Shown here piece after piece: positions 35,530 through 43,218 of a stretch of 43,218 nucleotides of DNA (position 1 is the stretch's first letter; every line of letters begins with the position of its first letter). The notes beneath the pieces are model-generated. The model was not told where the DNA came from, did no database searches, and worked only from the letters and a program-made list of their open reading frames with translations. This DNA is from Calditrichaceae bacterium (GTDB lineage Bacteria > Calditrichota > Calditrichia > Calditrichales > JBFXGD01), in the NCBI GenBank assembly GCA_050178385.1, contig JBFXGD010000012.1, forward strand, positions 1-43,218, read 5' to 3'. Made by a program: the position numbers and the translations under genes.

Positions 35530-38484
35530 ATGTTCAAAAAAATGCTTTTATTATTGATCGTCTTAGCTATGCCGATGTATATTTTCGCGCAATCGTCCGG
35601 AAAGATCATAGGTGTAGTTAAAGACAAAGATACGGGTGAGCCATTACCCGGGGTCAATGTTTTTCTACAAGATACTTACATCGGCTCAACAACAGATGTC
35701 GATGGCTATTTTGTACTCTTAAATGTACCGGTTGGTACCTTCAATCTGGAAGTTAGTTATGTAGGGTATCAGAGTGCGATCTTTGAGGATATTCGCGTTT
35801 CAGCAGGTGTGACGACGGAACAGAATGCTTCATTAGCTTCAACAACTCTTGAGTTGGGTGAAGCGGTAGTTGTTACAGCAGAGCGTCCCTTGGTAGAAAA
35901 GCATGTCACTCAGAGTATATCAAAGGTCACAGGCGAAGATCTTGCTTCGATACCCGTTCGTGGAACGCAGGATATTCTCGCCATTCAGGCGAGTGTGGTT
36001 GTTCAGGATGGTAATGTCCATATTCGTGGCGGCCGCGCGTCAGAAACCGGTTACTATGTGGATGGCGCCGCGACAATGGATCCTGTGTCCAGAACAAATG
36101 CTGTTCATGTCATTCAGGAATCCGTAGAAGAAATTCAGGTTCTTACCGGTGGTTATACGGCTGAATTTGGTGACGCGAACTCCGGTATTGTCCGTACGGA
36201 CATGAAAACCGGTGGTTCTGACTATCATATTTCATTTGATGCCCAGACCGATAAGTTTGCGGATAGCGGTAGCGAATTTCTGGGAACAACCAGTTATCGC
36301 GAACATATTCTTTCTTTAACAGCTAGTGGTCCAATCGTTGGCAAAAATATTCGTTTCTTTGTTGCCGCGGAAAATCAGGACATTGGTGATACTGTGAAAC
36401 GCCAGAGTTCCGGGTTTGAGTTTAATAATCTTATAGACGCAAACCCAACGGCCGCAAATGTCGTTGCTGGTACTCCGGATACAGTTTCAACTCTTAAATA
36501 TCCGGATGGATATACTCCACGGAATGAATTTGAGCGCTGGTCAATCAACAGTACATTGTTATTTGACTACAATCCTTATAGATTCCGTGTAAGCGCCATC
36601 TATAATTGGAGCAAAGATTATACAGACGATACTCCAATGTTGAGCGCCTTAAACACACGCGAACAAGCTCTTGTTAATAATCAGGTTCTTTTGTCCGGAA
36701 AGTTTACTCATGTTCTGAATCCGACTACTTATTATGATGTCAATCTCAGCTACTACTATGATGCCAATGAGATGGAAGATGATTGGTTTGGAACAGACTG
36801 GCAGTCTTGGCAGGACAGCGCTAAGGTGTCCGACTATACCGGTGGCAGGGTAACCTACCAGGAGAAATGGGTCGAGGATTATAATTATTTGTTGAACGGT
36901 TTTTCATTTGAAAGAGATGGTACCGTTGAAAGAGCCTATTATAAGGATGAACAAACGTATATTGGCGGTAGCTTCGACCTTGTAAGCCAGCTTACAAAAA
37001 ACCATGAAGTCAAAGTCGGTATGGATGCCCGGAAATATACGATCCGCAGATACCAGATTGACCCGGTTGTAATGTATCAAACCGATACATATGGTTCTAT
37101 TGAAAACGTGCCGGATGATAGATTGGCAGCCTTTGCAGGAAATACTTATGGTTATGATCTCTTGGGTAATGAAGTGGATGACGGTTTTGACGGAGCAAAA
37201 GAGCCGTTTTTCTTTGCCGGATATATTCAGGATAAAATTGAATATAAAGATTTAATCGTAAATGTCGGTTTGCGTTATGATTATTTTTATACCGATGATC
37301 GTGTGTTAAAAAATCCGAATAGCCCGGATGTCGATCCGGTAACAAACCAGATAAAGTTTTATGAATGGGAAAAAAAGGATGCGATGACATTTTTCAGCCC
37401 TCGTATTGGAATTTCTTTCCCCGTAAGTGAAAAAACCGTGTTTTATACCCAATACGGTATTTTCTATCAGTTGCCGCAGTTGAATGACTTTTATTACGGC
37501 TCATGGTCATACGCATCTCAGATTGGCTCAGGAGGTTACTATTATATCAACCCAGTCGGTTATGATCTCGATGAGCAGAAAACGACATCATATGAAGTCG
37601 GTTTTCGGCAACAGTTAGGCGATTTTGCATCTTTTGATATTTCAGGATTTTATAAAAATATTGAGGGTCAGGTTCAGGTTAGCCGCACTGAAGCGGCGGC
37701 AGGTTCTGATATAAGCACATATTTGAGCCTTACAAACGGGGATTTTGCCACAACAAAAGGGCTTGAATTAAAATTAACCATGCGTCGCTTTAACCGCTTG
37801 CAGGCGCAGTTAAATTATACCCTGACTGATGCCGAAGGTGTTGGATCGAACGAAACCTCGTATATGTCAGCTGTTTATAATTTGTCTGAAACTCCAAAAA
37901 CACTTAATCCGCTAGATTATTCGCAGACGCACCGCGGTTCAGTCAATCTGGATTACCGTTTTGGTAAAGGCGATGGCGGGAAAGTTTTTGAACAATCCGG
38001 AATTAACATGTTATTTAATTTCAGCAGCGGTCATTCATACACTTATGTCTACTTTGCTCCCGGCGGGCAGGTGAGCGCCTATGACGCTGGTATTGATTAT
38101 ATGCTTGATACGCGTACAAGAGAAGCCCTGGAGCCTGTTAATTCATCCACAACTCCATGGACTTACACTATTGATCTTTACATGGATAAATCCTTTGACT
38201 TAATGGAAAAGCTAAAGGCCACTCTTTATATGAGGGTGACAAATTTGTTTGATACACAAAACATAGCAAATGTATTTCCTGCCACAGGAAATGCTGAAGA
38301 CGATGGATTTCTTTACGACCGTGAACGTTCACAGACTTATATCGACAAATATGGCGGTCAGGATTATATCGATATGTATCAAGCAATTAACCTGGATAAT
38401 GGCCAGGCCTATTGGGACGCGACAGGTAATCAGCTCTATGATCAGCCAAGACAGATCTTCTTCGGAATCAAGCTGAACTACTAA
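35530..38484 (+). CDS. TonB-dependent receptor with N-terminal carboxypeptidase-regulatory-like domain (Oar-like plug)
   Basis: GKIIGVVKDKDTGEPLPGVNV, VVVTAERPLV, HIRGGRASETGYYVDG, EIQVLTGGYTAEFG, YIQDKIEY..LIVNVGLRYDY, SPRIGISFPV, PRQIFFGIKLNY; SD GGAGGT. Confidence 0.92.
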   Translation: MFKKMLLLLIVLAMPMYIFAQSSGKIIGVVKDKDTGEPLPGVNVFLQDTYIGSTTDVDGYFVLLNVPVGTFNLEVSYVGYQSAIFEDIRVSAGVTTEQNASLASTTLELGEAVVVTAERPLVEKHVTQSISKVTGEDLASIPVRGTQDILAIQASVVVQDGNVHIRGGRASETGYYVDGAATMDPVSRTNAVHVIQESVEEIQVLTGGYTAEFGDANSGIVRTDMKTGGSDYHISFDAQTDKFADSGSEFLGTTSYREHILSLTASGPIVGKNIRFFVAAENQDIGDTVKRQSSGFEFNNLIDANPTAANVVAGTPDTVSTLKYPDGYTPRNEFERWSINSTLLFDYNPYRFRVSAIYNWSKDYTDDTPMLSALNTREQALVNNQVLLSGKFTHVLNPTTYYDVNLSYYYDANEMEDDWFGTDWQSWQDSAKVSDYTGGRVTYQEKWVEDYNYLLNGFSFERDGTVERAYYKDEQTYIGGSFDLVSQLTKNHEVKVGMDARKYTIRRYQIDPVVMYQTDTYGSIENVPDDRLAAFAGNTYGYDLLGNEVDDGFDGAKEPFFFAGYIQDKIEYKDLIVNVGLRYDYFYTDDRVLKNPNSPDVDPVTNQIKFYEWEKKDAMTFFSPRIGISFPVSEKTVFYTQYGIFYQLPQLNDFYYGSWSYASQIGSGGYYYINPVGYDLDEQKTTSYEVGFRQQLGDFASFDISGFYKNIEGQVQVSRTEAAAGSDISTYLSLTNGDFATTKGLELKLTMRRFNRLQAQLNYTLTDAEGVGSNETSYMSAVYNLSETPKTLNPLDYSQTHRGSVNLDYRFGKGDGGKVFEQSGINMLFNFSSGHSYTYVYFAPGGQVSAYDAGIDYMLDTRTREALEPVNSSTTPWTYTIDLYMDKSFDLMEKLKATLYMRVTNLFDTQNIANVFPATGNAEDDGFLYDRERSQTYIDKYGGQDYIDMYQAINLDNGQAYWDATGNQLYDQPRQIFFGIKLNY

Positions 38485-38539
38485 TGGTCATATGGATAAT
38501 TGTAATACAAATTATTTAAGATTAAGTTAAGGAGCTAAC

Positions 38540-41500
38540 ATGGGTAAAAGGAATAAAAATATTCCCCTAATGTTGTTGCTGGGAATGGCTTTCATTCTCT
38601 ATGGCAGCAGCTTGTTTGCACGGGGAGATATAAACAGTGAGCAGAATAATCAGGTGAGCCTGTTAAAAACTGCCGCTGGCAAACAAACCCAGTCGATGTC
38701 TAATGTCGGTAACTGGGGGTATTGGATGAATTACGACGGTGAATCGGCTCATGATCCATTCACGGATGGTTCAGGAGGTTACTACCCGCGCGGAACCGCT
38801 GCGGTTCTTTATATGGATGGATTTATATGGGGTGGATATGTGAGAAACCCTGCAACGACTATTAACCCGCGTGTCGGAGGATGGGGATATGTAGTTGGTA
38901 CCCAGCCAGGGTGGATTGACGCTTCAGGGAATGCTGTGAGTCCAAGCGATCCACGGGTTCGCATATATCGTATCCGCACAGATTGGGCAACCCTGTCCGA
39001 TGCTCAGGTTAAAAAAGACGCTGCGGAACTGAATAATGTAAAAGAAGCAAACGTCACGGAATCCATGACACAGGCCATCCTGGATCAATATGCAACGGAT
39101 TGGAATGAATGGCCGGTTGATCTTGGCGCTCCATGGGTCGATAAAAATGACAATGGCGTCTGGGATGGCCCGGATGTTGACGAGCCGGGTATCGCAAATG
39201 CCGATCAGGTTGTTTGGCTTGTTTTAAATGACCTGAATTCCAGCAATACCCTTTCTCTTTATGGTTCTCCTCCTATCGGATTAGAAGTGCAGGTTACTTT
39301 GTGGCAATATAACCAGGCCGGCGCTTCACTTGGACAGATAGTGTTTAAGAAATATAAAGTGATTAATAAATCCGGCTTTGCTGTTGATTCCATGTTTGTC
39401 GGTAATTTCTCAGATCCGGATCTTGGAAATGCTGCTGATGACTACGTGGCTGCAAATGTTGAAAAGAGTTTACAATATGTGTACAATGCCTACGCAAGTG
39501 ACAGTGAATATGGTAATTTTGGTCTGGCGCCGGCAGCAGGCGGTTTCGATTTCTTCCAGGGGCCTATTGTGTCTTCAGAAGGGGATACGGCGGTTTTTGA
39601 TTTGAAATACAAGCCGGGATATAAAAACCTTCCGATGACTTCAGCGGGGTACTTTGCGGCCGGTGGTGATATCTCGGATCCACCGATGAATGACTATAAG
39701 GGTACCTTACAATGGTATAATATGTTAAATGGCTATACTCCTACAAATGATTTAACTAATCCTACACCCTATACACATGTTTCCGGTCCCAATGTGGGTC
39801 AACCTACATTAACTCCGCTTGATGGAGATCCTGTAGCTGGTACGGGTGATCTGGATGTTACTCCCGGTGACAGGCGTATGTTTTCATGTTCAGGGCCATT
39901 CACCCTTGCCGCCGGTGATACTCAGGAAGTGGTTCTTGCAGCGGTTGGCGGGCTTGGAGATAATAATATCAGTTCGATAAGTGATATGCTGCTGACTGAT
40001 GATGTTGCTCAGAAATTGTATAATGATTTATTTCTGACGGTGCCAAAGCCTCCTAGCGCTCCTAAGGTAAGCTTTACTGAGCTGGAAAATACGATCGTAC
40101 TGAATTGGGGCACTGATAAAGCAGCAATCACTGAAACAGAAAAAGAGAACCCTTTGACAGGTTATGATTTTGAGGGATATAATGTTTATCAGTTGCCAAA
40201 ATATAATTCATCTATCAGCGAAGGCACAAGAATTGCCACATTCGATCTGGTAAATGGCATAACAACCGTTTATGGTAATAGATTCGATTCTAAATATGGA
40301 CAGGTAGTAAATGTACCTATTCAATATGGAGTCGATGCAGGTATTCAGCGCTATTTTGTCGTGGAAAAAGATTATCTGACCGGTACGAAATTGTATCCTG
40401 GTAACTACTACTATTTTGCGGTAACAGCTTACAATTATAATCCGGATCCTCAGTTGATCGAGGATAAGGCGCTTGAATCATCAATTAACATCATAACAAT
40501 AACCCAGCAGGGGACTACACCAGGCGTGCGATATGGAGAGTCTTTGGAATCAGTAGTTGAAGTGACGCATGTTGGTACTAGTGATGGCAGAGTCAACGTA
40601 ACGGTGATAGATCCGAAAACTGTGACCGGTGATGAATATCAGGTGTTTTTTGAACTGGACAGCGATACAAATTCAAGCACCTACGGCGAACTCCTCTGGA
40701 ATCTAAAGAATGTTACAAAAAATACTGTTGTTATATCAAAACAACCACAGACTGCCGATTTTTCGTCAAATGATCAACCTGTTGTTGAGGGTATTCAGGT
40801 AAAAGTTTCCGGACCCGCTGCAGGTATCCATGGTGTATGGCAGACTTCTAATGCAGACGGTCCTATACCGGGTGTTGAAACAGAAAGTATCGATGAAGAT
40901 ATATTCTGGATTCACTGGGCATTTAGTGCGGAAGCGGATTATCCTACCGAACAAGCCAATTATGGTGGTTGGTTCTTCCAGGTACATGGAGGCGGAACAG
41001 CTAATGATTATGATTCATTTCTTGCAAGAGTCATAAGAAATGATAACTGGGATCGGGCTAAAGCGAATATCTTGGAAATGAGATTTACAGATACACCATC
41101 AAAGGCGTGGCTGGCATTTACAAGCGGAAATGTGATAGATGTTCCGTTTGAATTGTGGAATCTCGGTCAGGATGCTGCCGATACCTCAGATGATTATAAA
41201 ATGTTGATTTGGGTTCTCGATAATAACGAGAACGAAGAATATGATTTTTACGGTGAAGATGCGCATTCCGGCGCTTCAAACGATCCTTCGTCAGACTGGG
41301 TTTACTGGTATAATCCTTCCGATACGTCACCCGGAACAGCGGGATATGACGCTGCCGCAGCAACTCCAAGCTATGGATATGATGAAGACCTGGTTGGAGG
41401 AGAAGTGCTTGCCAGGACTGTATTGATGAATTGGAATGGATATGCAAGCAGAGTTGATGCTGTACCTCTAACTGATTTTCCAAATTCTGATCCGGCCGCA

Positions 41501-42046
41501 TGGACTCAGGCTGATACTACTTTCATGCTTGACAGAGGATGGTTCCTTGATGAAAGTAATACCCTTGGGGTTGCCACTGTAGAAGGAGATACTGCATTCG
41601 GTTTGATATTGAATCTGCCTGAAAGCGGAACAACATTTAGATGGATTACAAATAAGCCGAACAATGTTGCTGATCTGTTTACGTTTAGCACTTCACCAAA
41701 TCAGTACTCAGATGCATTGGCAAAAGCAGATGTAAAAAATGTAAATGTGTTCCCAAATCCTTACTATGCATATAATTCACTGGAAGAGAACCGATTCAGT
41801 AGATTTGTTACTTTCACTCACCTGCCGCAGGAAGCCACGCTTAGAATCTTTAACCTAGCCGGTTCTCAGGTTCGTAAGCTGGAAAAGAATGATTTAAATC
41901 AGTTCCTGAAGTGGGACCTGAAAAATGAAACGGAATTGCCGGTTGCGAGCGGTATCTACATTATACATGTAGATATGAAGAAGCTTGGGACAAAGGTTCT
42001 GAAATTGGTAGTTATTCAGGGTGAACAGATCCTGAAGTATTATTAA
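38540..42046 (+). CDS. Large secreted/surface protein with FN3-like domain, Ca-binding-like loops and variant T9SS CTD
   Basis: Signal peptide; DKNDNGVWDG loop; PPSAPKV...IVLNW...YYFAVTAY; VFPNPYY...RIFNLAG..VRKL...WDLKN...VASGIYI...KLVVI; SD AAGGAG. Confidence 0.8.
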   Translation: MGKRNKNIPLMLLLGMAFILYGSSLFARGDINSEQNNQVSLLKTAAGKQTQSMSNVGNWGYWMNYDGESAHDPFTDGSGGYYPRGTAAVLYMDGFIWGGYVRNPATTINPRVGGWGYVVGTQPGWIDASGNAVSPSDPRVRIYRIRTDWATLSDAQVKKDAAELNNVKEANVTESMTQAILDQYATDWNEWPVDLGAPWVDKNDNGVWDGPDVDEPGIANADQVVWLVLNDLNSSNTLSLYGSPPIGLEVQVTLWQYNQAGASLGQIVFKKYKVINKSGFAVDSMFVGNFSDPDLGNAADDYVAANVEKSLQYVYNAYASDSEYGNFGLAPAAGGFDFFQGPIVSSEGDTAVFDLKYKPGYKNLPMTSAGYFAAGGDISDPPMNDYKGTLQWYNMLNGYTPTNDLTNPTPYTHVSGPNVGQPTLTPLDGDPVAGTGDLDVTPGDRRMFSCSGPFTLAAGDTQEVVLAAVGGLGDNNISSISDMLLTDDVAQKLYNDLFLTVPKPPSAPKVSFTELENTIVLNWGTDKAAITETEKENPLTGYDFEGYNVYQLPKYNSSISEGTRIATFDLVNGITTVYGNRFDSKYGQVVNVPIQYGVDAGIQRYFVVEKDYLTGTKLYPGNYYYFAVTAYNYNPDPQLIEDKALESSINIITITQQGTTPGVRYGESLESVVEVTHVGTSDGRVNVTVIDPKTVTGDEYQVFFELDSDTNSSTYGELLWNLKNVTKNTVVISKQPQTADFSSNDQPVVEGIQVKVSGPAAGIHGVWQTSNADGPIPGVETESIDEDIFWIHWAFSAEADYPTEQANYGGWFFQVHGGGTANDYDSFLARVIRNDNWDRAKANILEMRFTDTPSKAWLAFTSGNVIDVPFELWNLGQDAADTSDDYKMLIWVLDNNENEEYDFYGEDAHSGASNDPSSDWVYWYNPSDTSPGTAGYDAAAATPSYGYDEDLVGGEVLARTVLMNWNGYASRVDAVPLTDFPNSDPAAWTQADTTFMLDRGWFLDESNTLGVATVEGDTAFGLILNLPESGTTFRWITNKPNNVADLFTFSTSPNQYSDALAKADVKNVNVFPNPYYAYNSLEENRFSRFVTFTHLPQEATLRIFNLAGSQVRKLEKNDLNQFLKWDLKNETELPVASGIYIIHVDMKKLGTKVLKLVVIQGEQILKYY

Positions 42047-42092
42047 AATCTATCAAAAAAAGCATGATAAGGAAATAATTTAGGAGTGAATA

Positions 42093-43133
42093 ATGAAATA
42101 TAAGATGAAAATAAACGGGACCTTGGTTCTCGTGTTCTTTCTTCTCCTTGCTATGCTGCCCCTTTACGCAGGCTCTGATGCGCGAGTAGGTACAGCAGCA
42201 GGCGTCCAGGTCCTTGTACCGGTAGGTGCTCGTGATTTGGCCATGGGCGGTGCAAACATTGTCAACACACAGGGTGTTGATGCTATTTACTGGAATCCCG
42301 CCGGTTTGGCGACACTGGATGGAAAGGCACAAGGCGCGTTCTCGAACATGACTATATTCAGTGATATAGGTGTTAATTATCTTGCTCTCGGCGTGAATAT
42401 GGGCTCTTTGGGAAATCTGGGATTTGATATCAAAAGCTTTGATTTTGGTGATATCCCGGAGACAACGGTACTAGACATGGATGGGGCATCCGGGAAGACA
42501 TACTCCCCCACCTATTCGACCGTTGGCCTTACCTATGCCAATAAACTGACTGAAACAATCCGGGTGGGATTCACGGGTAAGATGATCTATGAATCAATTC
42601 CGCGTGCAGAAGCCACATCATTTGCCTTCGATATTGGTATTCAGTACATGAATCTTGCCGGATTAGATGGGGTTTCATTTGCTGTAGTCGCAAAGAATAT
42701 TGGCCAAAATATGAGTTATGAAGGTTCGGGCTTTTTGTATGCGGTACAGGATCCTGTAACAGACAGAACTGATTATGTTACCCGCGAGACTTCATCAGAT
42801 CAGTTGCCTGCCAGTTTGGAATTTGGTGTTGCATATACGTACAAACTTATGGAACGCAACACATTATTGATTTCCGGTGACTTTGCGAACAATAATATCG
42901 ATAACGATGAGTTAAAACTCGGTGTCGAATATAGTTATAATAACTTTGTCGCATTGCGTGGTGGATATATCAATAAAATTAATGTTGCTGCCGAAGATGA
43001 AGATTTTGATTTCAGCTTTGGTGCGGGTATTAATTACAAACTTGGCAATACAATGCTGTCTCTTGATTATGCCTTCCGTAATTCAGAGTATTTCGATGCC
43101 AATAACATGTTTACACTCAAAGTTGGTTTTTAA
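42093..43133 (+). CDS. PorV/PorQ-family outer-membrane beta-barrel (second PorV paralogue)
   Basis: Signal peptide; LVPVGARDLAMGGA, AIYWNPAGLA, FDIGIQY, KNIG, LPASLEFG, GVEYSY...ALRGGY, LDYA; C-terminal Phe. Confidence 0.85.
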   Translation: MKYKMKINGTLVLVFFLLLAMLPLYAGSDARVGTAAGVQVLVPVGARDLAMGGANIVNTQGVDAIYWNPAGLATLDGKAQGAFSNMTIFSDIGVNYLALGVNMGSLGNLGFDIKSFDFGDIPETTVLDMDGASGKTYSPTYSTVGLTYANKLTETIRVGFTGKMIYESIPRAEATSFAFDIGIQYMNLAGLDGVSFAVVAKNIGQNMSYEGSGFLYAVQDPVTDRTDYVTRETSSDQLPASLEFGVAYTYKLMERNTLLISGDFANNNIDNDELKLGVEYSYNNFVALRGGYINKINVAAEDEDFDFSFGAGINYKLGNTMLSLDYAFRNSEYFDANNMFTLKVGF

Positions 43134-43158
43134 TAACTAGCTTGTTGTTTGAAGTATC

Positions 43159-43197
43159 AAAAAAGGCCGGCGGATTTTTCCGTCGGCCTTTTGTTTT
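43159..43197 (+). terminator. Intrinsic (probably bidirectional) terminator closing the TBDR operon
   Basis: AAAAGGCCGGCGGA-TTTT-TCCGTCGGCCTTTT stem with A-run before and T-run after. Confidence 0.85.
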
Positions 43198-43218
43198 ATA
43201 TAGACGAGAAAGGAAGTA

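Noticed and set aside
35145..35657. 170-aa minus-strand ORF
   Set aside because: Overlaps the TBDR start, its RBS and promoter; composition reflects AT-rich intergenic DNA
35530..42046. Classical SusC/SusD polysaccharide utilisation locus
   Set aside because: The receptor lacks SusC signatures, the downstream gene is not a SusD/RagB lipoprotein, and no CAZymes are adjacent
167..43140. The many short antisense and alternate-frame ORFs in the track (e.g. 426-647, 7219-7497, 21444-21896, 26512-26850, 27980-28408, 29816-30238, 41118-41501)
   Set aside because: All overlap well-supported + strand genes and show no recognisable motifs or RBS; treated as shadow ORFs
1..43218. CRISPR array, insertion sequence, prophage or defence island
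   Set aside because: No spaced direct repeats, transposase, integrase, phage or nuclease genes detected by eye

Overview
A 43.2-kb bacterial chromosome segment in which every supportable gene lies on the + strand. Gene content (two PorV-family barrels, three proteins with type IX secretion (T9SS) C-terminal sorting domains, DUF2723, DUF4837, long-tailed S16) plus strong Shine-Dalgarno use points to a non-Bacteroidota FCB-group organism, probably Calditrichota/KSB1/Ignavibacteria-like (inference). Blocks in order: (1) envelope/glycosylation and housekeeping genes (DUF2723 glycosyltransferase, UPF0104 flippase-like protein, DUF4837 lipoprotein, purE, PfkB kinase, RmlD-like, DPM1-like, accA, thioesterase, Trm112); (2) porV behind a structured, terminator-containing leader, then an M6-like pseudopeptidase T9SS cargo, a peptidase/beta-propeller/Omp85 hybrid and two paralogous membrane proteins; (3) a second RmlD-like SDR, rsmB and lysC-lysA; (4) ffh-rpsP-khpA-rimM-trmD-rplS; (5) Ig-like lipoprotein, dapF, TPR lipoprotein, manC, PilZ protein and a T9SS metalloprotease; (6) a self-contained operon of TonB-dependent receptor, large T9SS cargo with a variant CTD, and a second PorV paralogue. 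Block 6 is the best candidate for an undescribed SusD-independent uptake system. Other strong leads are a putative TMEM260-like protein O-mannosylation pathway and the porV leader RNA. No rRNA, tRNA, CRISPR array or mobile element was seen. Family calls come from motif recognition only; no searches were run.
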